NCBI RefSeq assembly: GCF_001194135.2
Contig: NC_068999.1
Location: 13,685,905-13,749,904, forward strand
DNA: 64,000 nt
Direction: 5' to 3'
From: Octopus bimaculoides
Lineage: Eukaryota
A model generated the notes under the pieces. That model was not told the origin of the DNA and searched no databases. It saw nothing but the letters and a program-made list of their open reading frames with translations. Below, in pieces: positions 1 to 14,224 of this stretch (positions are counted from its first letter, which is position 1; the number at the start of each line of letters is the position of its first letter). The translations under genes were made by a program, and so were the position numbers.

Positions 1-463
1 TGTTTTAACTTGATTAACCATAAGCAAGTTCTCAAAGTGGATATACGCTCACTGCAATAGAGTTTCTTCAAATAAAACAACCCCGTTTAAGACGGGATAC
101 ATATTACCTCTTAGTTGTACTACCTCCGCCTCTGATGCTAAAATTAAGGAATGGAGTAAATGCGATCCAGGCTACATATGCTTCAGAACTATGGGAACAA
201 CGTATGTAGTAAATTATCCAATCGAGATGTAAACCACAAGGTAATCTTAAGGTCAAACTACCTTGATTATAAGAACAACACCTGTTGCCGACTGTGAAAG
301 ATAAATGTAATATTTTCCAGCTCCACGTACGCTGATACGTGAACCATTCGTGATATTCTGCGTCAATAAATTTGTATTGTACCTGAAATTTGTTCTTTGA
401 ATCTTCTACAAATTGCTTAAAGCTCACTGACTCCCTACACCTATATATATATATATATATATA

Positions 464-804
464 NNNNNNNNNNNNNNNNNNNNNNNNNNNNNNNNNNNNN
501 NNNNNNNNNNNNNNNNNNNNNNNNNNNNNNNNNNNNNNNNNNNNNNNNNNNNNNNNNNNNNNNNNNNNNNNNNNNNNNNNNNNNNNNNNNNNNNNNNNNN
601 NNNNNNNNNNNNNNNNNNNNNNNNNNNNNNNNNNNNNNNNNNNNNNNNNNNNNNNNNNNNNNNNNNNNNNNNNNNNNNNNNNNNNNNNNNNNNNNNNNNN
701 NNNNNNNNNNNNNNNNNNNNNNNNNNNNNNNNNNNNNNNNNNNNNNNNNNNNNNNNNNNNNNNNNNNNNNNNNNNNNNNNNNNNNNNNNNNNNNNNNNNN
801 NNNN
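464..804. other. Assembly gap (N-run) flanked by (TA)n and (ATAG)n
   Basis: Run of n directly in the sequence; the left edge is (TA)n. Confidence 0.99.
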
Positions 805-830
805 ATAGATAGATAGATAGAACACTGTGT

Positions 831-832
<2 letters not shown>

Positions 833-874
<42 letters not shown>

Positions 875-897
875 AAGAGAGAGAGAAAGAGAGAGAA
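833..897. repeat. (GA)n microsatellite
   Basis: gagagaga... with a few gaaa interruptions. Confidence 0.95.
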
Positions 898-2003
898 ACC
901 TGAATTATCGTATGTGCGTTTCTTTTTAGTTTATCAATAGTATTCACCTACTATTTTATAAAATATTTTGTTTCCATTTTCACTGCGTAAATTTCTTTGT
1001 AACTTCCTTTTAGAACAGGTGACTTCGCTGCAAGCTAATCTGGCAATTAGAATCTTTGCATCTAGACGGCAGCTAGACAGGAGATTCTGTTTCTTTTAAC
1101 AGAATGGACTTTGAAAGTAAGACACAAATTAAAACAATAGTGAAGTATCATGACAATATCCATTCAAAAACAATATCCAAAGGAAACAATCAGCACTATA
1201 AAAGAATAGAAGTAATCCTCATTCTTTTAGTATTCGAAGCAAATTGAGTAAACCGTAAATAATATTCATCAACAACGGAATGAATCGCAATTTGTTGAAG
1301 AAATTTACAACAATGCACATACATGTGTGTGTCTCTATGTGTGTATGTGCGTGCGTCTGCCTATGTTTCTGTATGTGTGTCAGTGTGGGTGTTTGTGTAT
1401 GTGCGTCTGTGTTTAAGTAGGTATGTATTTAGCTAAAGATTGAGAAAAATATCGATAGGCAGACTGATTGATACAGAGATGCATAGATTAATTCCAAAAT
1501 GCTAAAAAATAAATTTGCAACGTAACAAATGTTCAGTAGAATGAGTTGAAAAACATTAGAAGCATCATCTTTCAATGAAAATATAGACAGCAAAGAAGAA
1601 ATATAAGTAAATGATAATGCAAAAGAAGGAGCTAACAACTTGATCGATGGCGACGACAGACACACCGAAAACAATGATAGCAGTACAACAATAATACAAG
1701 GAATTTGTTTATTAAGCACAAGGACTTTCAATTTTTAACAACTGTTATAGCATAATGTCAAAGCATACAAAACATTGTGAGTGTTTATATAGTTTCGATA
1801 ACAAACAAAATACAAGCACAATATAATAGCTAAATCCCATGAACAAAATTCTCCAATAAAAAGTGTGCAGCTCAGCTCCAACAAGATAGATGAAACAATC
1901 TACAACTTGACAGGATTCAAACTAAGTGCAAATCCGCTACTTTATTTTCCTTTTCGCCCGGCTTATAGAAGCATGTTGAAGTGAAGCAATTCATTCTCCC
2001 TGC

Positions 2004-2220
2004 AAGGTGACAACCTGGTTGAAACTTTGGGACTCCGGGCGAAATGCTTAGCGATATTTCGTCTGTCTTTATGTTCTGAGTTCAGATTCCGGTAAGGTCG
2101 ACTTTGCCTTCCATCCTTTTGGAGTCGATAAATTCAGTACCGGTTGCGTTCTGGAGTCGATCATATCAACTGGACCCCTCCCCCAAAATGATGGGCCTTG
2201 TGTCTAGAATTGAAAAGAAT
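2004..2220 (+). mobile_element. tRNA-derived SINE, family A, near full length
   Basis: Contains ccgggcgaaatgcttagcgatatttcgtc, B-box-like gagttcagattcc, core gtcgactttgccttccatccttttggagtcgataaattcagtacc and tail cctcccccaaaatgatgggccttgtgtctagaa; aligns by eye with the reverse complement of 45492-45711. Confidence 0.85.
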
Positions 2221-3949
2221 GTATTCTCACCCTTCCTTACAAGAATTTAAGATTTCAATGGCTGGTGGTGGCATTCATTCCCTATGTCCATCTTCAACAC
2301 TGGAATCTCGAATATTTTCATTAACAAAATAGTTTGCCTTCAGGCTCTTCAGTCTTTTCTAATAAAGACATTTTCTGCATATTAACACCACTGATTAAGT
2401 GCAACAACGAGTGGCTGCTGCTCTGTTAAAATTGTCCAACTACGAGAATTAAGTATGGTATTATACATGCAGCTTCAAAATAAGGTGATTAAAGTCAAAA
2501 TAAGCAACAAGGACGTCCAAAGTTAATGCAGTACGATCGTTCCATGCGACTCCATTTGATTAAGCAATGTGAATATTACATCTAATATAAAATGCAGAGC
2601 TTTCCTCAGCTGCACAAAGATATAGACATTTAATGAAATTACATTTAAACAGGACATATTTTTATAACTACATCTAAAACTCTACAAGTAGAAAGGAAGA
2701 ATACAAAACAGTTCAACTTAGCCAGACTATACAGGATGTAATGTTCATATTGCTTCATTAAATGGAGTCGCCTCAAACGATCGCATTGCATTAACTTTGG
2801 ATATCATTGTGGCTTATTTTTACTTGTATATATTTCGAGCCTGTTCGTAATTTCGCATTCGTTGAATGAGCATTGGTCGCATGTGCTGAACTTATTCCCC
2901 AAAATAAGAGATCCCGCTTCAAGTTTCTATATCATCAGAAGCAAAAAGACCCTTCAATTACTCATATGTTGAATTTATTTTAATGATTAACGAAAACACA
3001 TATAGTTGTATATTATAGTAAATGACAGAAATTCATGTTTCCGTTGCAACTTACCGCAATGTCTATGAACCGATGTCAATGAAACAGAATAAATCATCAA
3101 CGACATTATTTACAATGGATTGATCTTTGTACTCTCAAAGAATGTAATCCGATTGCTAATTTTCATTGAAGATAATTTTAATTTTACTGAAATCAAAATT
3201 AATTGAAACTTGAACCCATTGCGAATTAATGCCCACGTTACAAATAACCATTTCGTTTTGGATTTCTTATCCTGTACGTAGGATAATTACCATACTAGAA
3301 ATTGAAACATCAGGATGCATATTATTCTGGGTTGGCTTTTTAGACTTGCGTTCCCATCGATGTTGCTTCATATTTTGATTCATCCGAGTGTAATGTTTTA
3401 TACAAGTAACGGAAACTCACTTGGGGTTTGCTTGAAGTTGATTTTGACTGCTTTCCTTTTAATTAATACATTCACTATCATTCATCATATCCTTTCACTT
3501 GTCATGTAAACGTCTTTAAACTACAACTATTTCATCTTCGTGATTTGCCATATTCTTCTCTTTATCCAGCTTCATCAGCATTCAAATCAGTTCCTATTAT
3601 TCCTAATTCTCTAACATGCTATTCCAACAGCTAATCTTTCGTTGATATTCATCTACTTTGACATATTTTTCCCATCAAAATTATTTGCTATTTCCGTCGC
3701 AAAGGGACTCTAAAATTTGTTTGAATTCAAGCGACTCATCAACAGGTTCTCCGTGTAGTAAATATGTCTTCGAAATAGTTTTTTAAATCTTCACCAGATT
3801 TAAAATCGAACAGCATGACAGGTTTCTGCTTATACCATGCATCTTAAAAGTTAATTGTTCCACATTCTCCGCCACATCTAAAAGCACAACACAAATTATC
3901 CAACAAATTAAACACTTTAACGTCAGCGAAAACTTTACAGTAATCTTCG

Positions 3950-4350
3950 TTCAAAGTATACTTGTCACCCACTCAGTAGAATATTACATGTAATTTGGGG
4001 ATTGATGGCAGATCGATAACTCATTTACAGCGAAGTGGTAAATGATAATATCTCATTAGAAGAGTTCGGATTAGATTATATCCTGCTTAAGATATCGGTT
4101 ATTCGGTATGTTATTGCACATAAAGGCGTTGACTGCTCTAGCTCCTGGCGCAAATATTTTGGAACCTGTCTATGGAAATTCGGGTTGCATCTTGAAACTT
4201 AGCATCACTAATATTAATTTTTTATAATTATTAGAAATATTTTATCTCCAGCAATGCGTTTCTCCTATTAAGGAGGTACATTTCACATTCTAATATGATG
4301 ACATCCAGTTTATCCAGTGAAAAATCCTGGCAGTGAAATCGGAATAAATT
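3950..4350 (-). mobile_element. Possible highly decayed non-LTR retrotransposon C-terminal region (zinc knuckle / restriction-like endonuclease)
   Basis: Minus-strand peptides LDVIILECEMYLLNRR, IPNNRYLKQDII and NELSICH loosely resemble the H-x3-C knuckle, the PD motif and the ELT(I/V)C motif of RLE-type LINEs; many stops and frameshifts. Confidence 0.2.
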
Positions 4351-5085
4351 TCTATGTCCATGTCCATTTAATCTCCCAAATGGAATATATTTTTGTTTCG
4401 TTTAATTTGTTTTTTAGTGAACGAGTCACATCAAATGCGAGATCGAATCATTAGATGCCATGGAATAACTATAGTCCAGTACATGTTTTAGATGACGCTT
4501 CGTAAGTTTTCACAAATCCATACGCATGGGGATGGATGTGTACATATTCGAGCTATGCATACACGTATATGTAATAAATATGCGTAAATTGCAAATAAAT
4601 GAAATTGAGTAGTTAAAAGATTCTGTCTCTATGAATGTTGATGCTCTTTTAGCAATGCGATGTAAAGAAATGATATTGAAGCGAATTACTCACAGAGGAG
4701 TTATTTATATCAAATACATGTAACGCTATTTCAGTTCAGAAAGTAAATTTCTGAAAGCAATATAATAGAAACATAAACGAGTACTATAAAACGGCAGTAA
4801 ATCTAGCGAACATGCTGACAATGTGAATAATTTTAATGCCCGTGCCTCATAATGCATATTATGTATATAGATAGGTCATCCATTCACACGAAGACAACAG
4901 ATACACATTAGTTGTTTAGGAATGATTTAAGGAATCGTGCACTGAAATAGCGCAATAGGAATAAATAACGTACGTATATGGAAATGAAAAAATATATATG
5001 TGTGTGTGTGTGTGTGAGTGTGTGTGTGTGCGTGTGTATGCGTGGATGTGAAAGCTTTATTATATGTATGATAACTATATATATA

Positions 5086-5376
5086 NNNNNNNNNNNNNNN
5101 NNNNNNNNNNNNNNNNNNNNNNNNNNNNNNNNNNNNNNNNNNNNNNNNNNNNNNNNNNNNNNNNNNNNNNNNNNNNNNNNNNNNNNNNNNNNNNNNNNNN
5201 NNNNNNNNNNNNNNNNNNNNNNNNNNNNNNNNNNNNNNNNNNNNNNNNNNNNNNNNNNNNNNNNNNNNNNNNNNNNNNNNNNNNNNNNNNNNNNNNNNNN
5301 NNNNNNNNNNNNNNNNNNNNNNNNNNNNNNNNNNNNNNNNNNNNNNNNNNNNNNNNNNNNNNNNNNNNNNNNNNNN
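5086..5376. other. Assembly gap (N-run)
   Basis: n-run with (TA) on both edges. Confidence 0.99.
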
Positions 5377-5590
5377 ATATTAGAAATAGAAACTAAGAAA
5401 AGCAAAACGTGGTATAACTTTGGATCATTTAATTTATATCTCAAATACAAGGCAGAGTAGTTATAGTAAATCTCTTACAGACATTTTTCGAGTAGGTAAT
5501 CATGTTGGGCCTGTGGAATTGAGTAAACATTTCCCAGTAAGCTAGGAATTCTATCTGGGAGAGATATAGATAGATATAAATAAAGTGTGT

Positions 5591-5636
<46 letters not shown>

Positions 5637-5642
5637 GAGAGA
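5591..5642. repeat. (GA)n microsatellite
   Basis: Direct reading. Confidence 0.95.
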
Positions 5643-5956
5643 TAAATAAAGAATTACATTCGTAAATGGTACTAATATTTACCAATTCGTCAAAGAAATA
5701 AGGAGTGTCCAAACTTAAAATATGATAGATAATGGTAGTACTATGATTAAAGGAACCCTAATTAAAAGACGATAGAAGTTACAACTCCGATCCTTGAAGA
5801 GAATGTGAGGTATATATGAGTGGAAGGCCTTCAAATCTGTACGTCAGTGTTAAGGAAACATAGAGTAGGAAATACACGTGCGTAAATAGAGAATAGCAAG
5901 TACATTAGGGCCTACAAAGCGTAGGATTTGAAAAGACATATGTATACACGCATTTA

Positions 5957-5957
<1 letters not shown>

Positions 5958-6013
<56 letters not shown>

Positions 6014-6270
6014 CTGTGTGGGTGCGTATGTGTGTGTGTGAGTGAGTGTGTGTGTGTGTGTATACACACACATATTTATCGTCATCTTTGATAGGGAGCC
6101 TAGCCTCAACACATACACTTTTCCGTTGTACCTGAAGCCACGTTTCTTATTTGTACATACCTATTACATTACGTCATTATGTATCTTAATGTATTCATAC
6201 ATGTGTGTATGCTTGTATGCGTGTGCTTGTGCGTTTGTGCGTGTGTGTGTTTGTGTATGTGTTTGTGTAT

Positions 6271-6319
<49 letters not shown>

Positions 6320-6336
6320 TTTGTGTGTGTGTGCGT
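5958..6336. repeat. (TA)n plus (TG)n compound microsatellite field
   Basis: (TA)n at about 5958-5999, (TG)n at about 6000-6062 and degenerate (TG)n at about 6200-6336. Confidence 0.9.
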
Positions 6337-8287
6337 TTGTATGCTCCTCTAAAAATAAAACAGACGTGGTGTCGTGAACTGCTGTTTGAGAGAATCTAAC
6401 GGTCAAAGCTAGATACAATATAAAATTATGCAGCAAAATTATATAAACATTTCGACATCCGTCGATATGACGCAGTCAAAATAGAAAAAAAAAATTAAAT
6501 TGGCCGTCCATTTAAAATGCCATCTTTAATATAAAATACATTCAGTTTAATTACAATATCGTTGAAAGAATTAGAATGTTATTAACTTTATAACTATTTT
6601 CATTTTCAGACAAATATTAGATGTTTTATTTGTTACTTTTTGAAAGAGTAAATTTTTGAATCTTATATTGTCTTTCCCAGCGTAGTCTTAATAAACGTTT
6701 TAATACTTTATAACTAAAAAATATTTATTTGTAAAATGTTTTATATCATATTCAGCAAATTTAGTTTATACACTGCATTATTATATTTATTTATTGGGAT
6801 TTACTCGAAACGTCTTTCGAAGTTAAGGTTACATTACTGATAAGTAGATCCTCTCATATGGCGCTGTACATATTAGTCGCTTTGTTGGGTGAGCAATTTT
6901 TCTGATAGTTAGATAAAATTATTTGTGTGGAAACACGAGTTGCATCACATTAGACTATACTCTTTACGTTTATTTCTCGATATAATAAAAATCACGATAC
7001 GTTGGAAATTGAAATACTTTTAGAGTGAATACGAAATCGGTGTTAGAAGAGATATCCATGGAAACGTTTATAACAGTCTATTCACCAAGCTTGCTTACAG
7101 ATAATAAATTGTCAATGACTTTTCCTATCCGCATTTGAATCACGCGCGGTGACTATTTGTAGAGTGAAACGTTAGAATAAGTATTCCTAATAGCATATGA
7201 GAACGTAGATCTCAGATCTGTCATATATAGTGAATTCAAAATGTATTGTGAGTAAACGGTACATGATTCTCTCAACGCTTTTCAGTGCAGTCCTGCATCT
7301 TCTTCATAATTAAGACGTTTAGTTAATCAATCTCGTCTATTCCTCTTTTTGGAATTCCTCCCGAAGGCTTCTGATTTATATTAATAGTTTATAAAGAATT
7401 ACTCTTTTAAATTCACACTTAGGAACCTCGAAGTCCAGATGGTGTTCACAATGTGTTAGCATGGACATTATTTGGAATAATGAAGTTTAGTGAACTACAA
7501 TGAGTAATTCATTGAGGTAACACATTTGCAACGTTCGTACTTGTATTTATATGCCACACATGGCATTGTCTCCAAATGGAGGAAGTTCTCATGCAGACAT
7601 CTGTTAATGAAATCTTTGAGTTTTACAGAATAACGAGAATGTTGTCGATGCTAATAACCTCCAAAAATTTGAGATTCAAATATTTGCAAAGAAGCAAGCA
7701 TACGTAGACGTTTTAACACACCTGTATATGTAGTCAATGCCTTCGAACATTTCACTCTACGTTCACCTTTTGTAATTTAAAGGAATGACAGTTGATACTC
7801 CATGTCAGCAATGTCGAACTATTTGTGCAGAAGTGTCACATATAAAACAGGTTACACAGTTTTCGAGGTAAGGTTAAGCTGGTAGGGCCACTTCGATGAC
7901 TTTTTTGCAAAACAATAGAATCCTCTATGAAAGTGACGGTCTAGTTGTTAATCAAACATTTTGTATTCATATTTAATGGGCGTGCATGTGCGTTACATTA
8001 TACAAAATTCCGTCATTAATCCATGAATTTGACACTTGTAGTTAATTGTCATATCATAATTGTGTTCGTAATAAACGTTTGTACATACCTTCTAATGATG
8101 ATGGCCAAATAAATATTGTAATGGTCAATAGCATTTTAATTGAATGGTGAACGGGATTTTAGATTTAAACATATGAAATTTAAAAACAAAAAAAACAACA
8201 AATCAGAGGAAACTAACGAATCTGAATGCCTTGTATATATATCATATGCCTATGTGTATATATATGTTATGTATATAGGTATACATA

Positions 8288-8344
<57 letters not shown>

Positions 8345-9359
8345 GTATACATGTAATAGTATCACGTAGAACAATATAGGCAAAGCAACGTTCAATACTT
8401 TCTGTTTTGAATTTCGATACAATATATTACTTTGTGAAACGAATTACTTTTACGATTATGTATTGGTATTGCAAGGCTCCTAAAGTTAAATTGTGTATTG
8501 AAACATAAGAACAATAATAAATCTCAAGTGAAAAAGGAATATAGAGTACGTGTTTATTTGACAAAAAGAAATTACTATCCGGTCATAATGCTTATTACAG
8601 TGTCACGATTAAATTTATAAATGAAAGGCTTATAATAAAATGGGTACAAAAAGGTTTTCAACGGGCTATTCCTATTATAGTATTTTAGCACAATACGTAG
8701 ACACCACATGTGTGTACAAATCATTCAGTTTGTAGGTTTCCATACCGACTTTCAAATTCTATGTATGTAATACTGTCGTATAGTACCTATCGTAAAACTT
8801 CCACAGTTGCAATTTGTTGTAAAGGAAGAATTGAAAATAAAATGCAACTAAACTGGACATCATCAAACTAAGGTGATTATCGATAATTTCTTTGATGGCA
8901 ATTGTACAAAAACCGCAGTATTTATTTGCATTACAAATAAGTCACATTTTTATCAATTTGAAATAGGAATTACTTCGTGCGTTGAAGTTCGCGACTTTCA
9001 ACATATAAAGGAAGATATATTTATTTATATATACACTCTCAAATTAGTAAATGAAAATTAAAAGGATAAAAATATATAACGTATACAGAGTATAAATTTG
9101 CAAGCCTGTAAAATATAATTTGCAAAATTATCGTCTAAGATTTATCTGGAAATAATTATATACAGACATGTCAAACATAATCAAGTTCAAAAGAACCAAT
9201 ATAGAATTATTTAGAATGTCACTAAGTAAAAATAAGGTTTATATATGTGTTTGTGTGTATATGCGTGTGTGTGTGAGTGTTTGTGTGTTTGAGAGTCAGA
9301 GTTTGTACATACACATACATACATACATATATAAACATATATATATATATATATATATA

Positions 9360-9429
9360 NNNNNNNNNNNNNNNNNNNNNNNNNNNNNNNNNNNNNNNNN
9401 NNNNNNNNNNNNNNNNNNNNNNNNNNNNN
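9360..9429. other. Assembly gap (N-run) inside a (TA)/(TG) microsatellite
   Basis: Direct reading. Confidence 0.99.
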
Positions 9430-9437
9430 ATGTGTGT

Positions 9438-9480
<43 letters not shown>

Positions 9481-10149
9481 TGTGTGTGTATGTGAGTATA
9501 CGCATGCTTGCTTGTATGTATTTGTGTGTCAGTATATTGTGTACATAATGAAGGAAACCACACATTGCTACGTAATGTTTTCTACATTTTCTGCATTAGC
9601 AACGATAATTTCGTTGCTCTTAGTAATAAAAGCCTAACCCAATTTGTAAAACAAAATACCTGAGTTAAAATTAGACATCATTTCCGTGTTATACCAATCG
9701 CTGTAAATATTCAATGGTGACCAAGATATATAAAGCTTGATGTGTTAAAACATTATCTGAGCGGACAGGAGAGTATTTTCGTTCTTCTTAAAAGGAAAAC
9801 AACATAATATAAAAATAAAAACTATTTCTGAAGAAAAAAAAATTCCTTCCATTACTGCAAAGGTTGAATTTTTCCAAAAGCTACATATATATATACACCT
9901 ATAAACAGATAAGACAATGTACATACACATATAGATTATATATACGCTCAGATACGCATGTACACACGCACAAACAGAAACAAAGACACAAGCATATACA
10001 TATGTATGCAAACACATACGCTCGCGCGATCACATACACACACGCACATATACATAGAGCTTCATGAAAATGATGATTACGATAAAGACGTAATTAATAA
10101 TAAAATTATTATTTCATTTCTAGGTACAATATATAATATGGGAGTCTTT

Positions 10150-10297
10150 CGTTGGTGGCGGAGGGGTGCTAGTGACTTATATCGATCGATTGCTTAACAG
10201 GTACTTGTTTGATCGACCTAGAAAGGGTGAAAGGCAAAGTTGATTTCGCCAGCCTTTCGTCTCATAGCGTAAAGATGGGCAACATGCCGCCGATGAT
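10150..10297 (-). mobile_element. SINE family A, diverged partial copy
   Basis: ggtacttgtttgatcgacctagaaagggtgaaaggcaaagttgatttcgcc matches the family core in the same orientation as the 45492 copy. Confidence 0.75.
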
Positions 10298-10406
10298 TAT
10301 TTATCTCGCCTACGTATGGTTCCCTTCTGATCCCAGCCCTGCATTAATTCCTGCCCTCTTATTATTATGAGGTCAAATCCTGGAAATTCCAATTTTAGTG
10401 AATATG

Positions 10407-10533
10407 TTTGGTTTTGTGTGTGGGTGCGTGTGTGTGTGTGTTTGTGTTTGTGTGTGTGTGTGTGTGTGCATGCGTGTGTGTGTTTGTGTGTGGGTGTGTG
10501 CGTGTATGTGTGCGTGTGTGTGTGTGTGTGTGT
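10407..10533. repeat. (TG)n microsatellite
   Basis: Direct reading. Confidence 0.95.
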
Positions 10534-11100
10534 TGCGGTTAGTTGTGTACATCGACTTGAATATTCGTCTGGCTCGGCAGCATTTCTGTTTATAAATTGA
10601 CATGCGCATATGTTGAGATCATAAAATCTCACAAAAGAATTTGATAACCGTAGAGTATATATAGATTTGCTGATTGAAATAGAAAAAAAAAATGTGGTGT
10701 CTCAAAACGGTTGCAATACCAATAACTGTAGGAGCACTTGTAATGATCAAAACCAGGAACTGAAACGTATTTCAAGACGACCCCTGGCTTACCATACATG
10801 TAAGAAGTGCACAAGATTAACTGCTAAGTCACACGTATTGAGAAGAGCATTATCATTCAGCGCTTTCTTTTCTTTTACTCCTTAGGTAATCTCTGTTCTT
10901 ATTCATTTCTTTTTCTTCTTGCCTTCTTCTTCGTTTCTTTCTTTCACTTTTGTCTACTACAGGGCTTCATAAATAAAGAATCTCGTAGGTTTATTTTAAT
11001 GACATACCAAAGCATAAAGTCAGTTTCTGTTGTCCTTTGTATCGGGAAACCACTCGGCAAGAAATAGAAGCAAAAATTAAAGACAACAAAAATAATAGTA

Positions 11101-11135
11101 ATGGTGATGGTGATGATGGTGATGATGATGAGGAG

Positions 11136-11167
<32 letters not shown>

Positions 11168-11224
11168 GGAGATAAGGAGAAGCTGAAGAAGAAGAAGAAG
11201 AAGAAGAAGAAGAAGAAAGAGAAA

Positions 11225-11258
<34 letters not shown>

Positions 11259-11358
11259 AGAAGAAGAAGAAGAAGAAGAAGAAGAAGAAGAAGACGAAGA
11301 AGAAGAAGAAGAAGAAGAAGAAGAAGAAGAAGAAGAAGAAGAAGAAGAAGAAGAAGAA
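11101..11358. repeat. Compound triplet array (GGT/GAT)-(GAG)-(GAA)n
   Basis: Near-pure GAA run at about 11185-11358, preceded by GAG and GAT/GGT blocks. Confidence 0.97.
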
Positions 11359-13762
11359 ACAAAGAGGATAGCATGAACAATAGACATAGGAAGTAACCTA
11401 AGGAATGACGAAGTTGATTATGGGGAGGCGGAGGAAGATTTTATGATGATGTTGATGAAGATGGTTTTAAATGATTCTTGTGTGTAGGATAGTTATGATG
11501 TTCGAAAATGTTATCACACGATCGGTGTTTTCCGGTGGAGAGGTTTTGCCCATTTCATTTACACATTGCCCCACTCGTAATTTCTTCATGGTCACTGAAA
11601 GGATGAACTGTATAGAGCTCCTTTGTGCCATTTGATCTCAGAATGTCGTTTATAATATTGTCCGAATTTCTCACTTTATTGTCATAGGGTCACCTTGTAT
11701 ACATATACATATATTCTTATAGTATTTTTAACTTTATTATCTCTATGTTGTTGAATTGTCTCAATAACATTCATAAAGCTTATCTAGAAATTGTTTATAC
11801 AATCTAGTGTGATATGAGAATAGATATTTAATTATTGATTTATATAATTACGTACGGAGCATAATAGGCATAAAATATAGAAATGAGCACGTAAGAAATT
11901 TAAAAGTCTGCAAAGTAATATGGAAATGAATCATGCGTCTTTTGATAGTCATTACTTCAACACAAGAATTCACGTCAACATTCGTGCAAGCCACATACGA
12001 ACACGAAGTGAAATACAAAACAAAGAAATTATACGTATAAACTATAAAAGAGCGCTTTACAGGCTGCAGGTATGTATTTTCTACTGGCAAGTTCAGCTTG
12101 GAGGGCCACACTTTTCTACTCACACTCTATGCGCTTAATAGACACAATTTCATTTAAAACAATAAGAATTCATCCGTTTGGGTTGAATGATGTATTAAAT
12201 AAATTTTTACTTCCCGACACTACCTTTTAATTCTGTTCTTTTCTTAATCATAACCTTTAGATATTTATGATAATTACGCCTCCCATTTACCTAGAGGATT
12301 AAATCTCATAGTACCCACCGCACGTCAGATACATAATTCTACCTATGAAATTATACCTTAAATTTCGATTAATGATACATTCTCTTTCGTCATTTCTTCA
12401 GCATCGTCGTCACCCTTACTCTCAAGATTATGCACGTTTTGAAACATTTATTGTATTAATATTATTAGATTTTTCTTCTCAAGCCTTCTCTATCCTTTTT
12501 TTTTTTTTGCCTTTCTCATTGACAGTTTACACACATTTTATCCGTTTGGCATCTTACTAGAAAAGACACATTTTCTTCTAACTATAACTGACGCACTCGG
12601 CAGTTTTAACGCCCCAGCATTTCTTTCGAAAACATTTGTTCATATAGTCGTGACCTTTTAGACTTCTCGTGTTTTGAAGCCATCTATATTTAATCCGACA
12701 CCTTCAGTTATTTTTGCTTGGAATTTTCATGTGGTTTACGATACTTACCAGTATTATACTTTTCTTAGTTGTGTAGCTCATTAGGTCATTCACTGCAAGT
12801 CTCAATTATACAATTGTCTCTTTTCCAAATTGAGAGAAATCTTGGATGGCCTTTCATACGTACAGATTACGAAAATTTAAATGATTATCCAAATTCGAAA
12901 GAGATAACATTATTCCCGTATCGTTCTCTGCCAAATGAAACTCATGAAATCTGTAAAGGTTCATAGATTAACACTACATAAAAAAATTATTCGTTACACA
13001 TTTTTTTCTAATTTAACAATTCCTATAGTTCGCTTTGTTTTCATTTTTAGATACCATACGCACAGAGCACTAATATTTATCACTTTTATTGAGGGAGCAT
13101 ACATCCATACACTAACACACTTGTCAACCTTAGGTGATACGAAGGAGTATGCAGTGTTGCCAGCACCCATATGCAGGTATTTATTTTTGGTCTTCACCCA
13201 TTTATATAACTGAGATATCAAAACTGTGTTTTAGCCACTGAACTCCGCCATATCGAACTCAATTAAGTGAAACAACTTCTCTGCGAGTTTTAAGTCGTAA
13301 TAGTTTACGTTTCAAAAATAAGTCTGATAAGACATTCCCAACTTGATAACAACTTCACACGACACAGTTTTGTCTGTATCGTGCCATTATCAATAATGAA
13401 GTTACTATCCGCTTTTCCCTCCGTTCTTATTTCATTAAGTTAATAGTTTTCTTTCTGTGACTTCTGACAGAAACATTTTTTTTTTCTTTCCATCTGTCGG
13501 AAGTATTTCTCGTTTTCTAAATATTCCAGGCATATTGTTCATTTTGTAGATGCCGTTATATAGTCCGAAGAGAAAAATAAAAAGATATTAAGAGTACCAA
13601 CTTGCAGGTTATTTCCTTTGAAATTAGATTTCAAACATACCATGATATAAAAGTAAATCCAAGAAAAATCATCTAATTTAGTGGGGTTAAATGATGAGAA
13701 ATGCCTCTTAGTGACCAAGTACTAAGGTCACTAACATTGCGCGAATGTTCGGTAAAACCAAC

Positions 13763-13764
13763 AA

Positions 13765-13814
<50 letters not shown>

Positions 13815-13964
13815 GCTACTACTACTACTACTGATGATGATGTTGCTGATGCTGCTTCTATTACTACTACTACTACTACTACTAATACTACTACTACTTC
13901 TACTGGAGAAATCATCATCAGCATCGTCATTAATATGATATAGTGTTGATGATAATGAAGTTGT

Positions 13965-14014
<50 letters not shown>

Positions 14015-14222
14015 CTACTGATGATGATGATGATGATGATGATGACGATGCTGATGACGATGATGATGACGATGATGATAACGATGATGATGATCATGTT
14101 GATGATGATGATGATGATGATGATCATCATCATCATCATCATGAAAATGACGATGATGATGATGATCATGTCGATGATGATCATAATGATGATCATGAAC
14201 TTGAAGATCATGACGATCATGA
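13763..14222. repeat. (ACT)n array followed by a degenerate (GAT)n array
   Basis: actactact at about 13763-13900 and gatgatgat at about 13962-14222. Confidence 0.95.
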
Positions 14223-14224
14223 TG

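Noticed and set aside
104-427. 107-aa minus ORF, and in another minus frame NGSRISVRGAGKYYIYLSQ resembling the TNF-family G.YYIYSQ motif
   Set aside because: The TNF-like frame stops about 12 codons later and has further stops, with no other TNF strands recognisable. The listed ORF has no recognisable domain. The region may be a decayed retroelement but I could not fix a motif.
390-947. Long ORFs spanning N-runs here and at about 5, 9, 25, 29, 33, 41, 46-47, 48, 49 and 57 kb
   Set aside because: They are open only because N translates as X and flanking microsatellites lack stops.
1103-1116. 14-nt micro-exon candidate (ttttaacag|AATGGACTTTGAAA|gtaaga) containing an ATG
   Set aside because: Good splice consensus, but such motifs are frequent by chance in AT-rich DNA and no downstream partner exon could be supported.
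1429-1731. 100-aa minus ORF; the in-register plus frame looks codon-biased
   Set aside because: The minus peptide is featureless and the plus frame has five stops and no recognisable motif. It may be decayed coding sequence but cannot be assigned.
10944-11387. Poly-Ser/poly-Leu ORFs, and similar poly-M/I/T/N/D/Y ORFs at 13.7-14.2, 19.9-20.4, 38.8-39.2, 40.2-40.6 and 44.1-44.4 kb
   Set aside because: Direct translations of trinucleotide microsatellites.
11660-11702. Isolated Tc1/mariner TIR-like ends (ggtcaccttgtata here; tatagggtgtcc at about 27012; tatacagtgcg...gttaccttgtata at about 50926-51105)
   Set aside because: Too short, with no matching partner TIR or transposase motif that I could align.
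13051-13178. Plus-strand exon candidate (ttttcatttttag|ATACC...TGCAG|gtattt), YHTHRALIFITFIEGAY...
   Set aside because: No recognisable product, and its phase does not join the neighbouring candidates without a stop.
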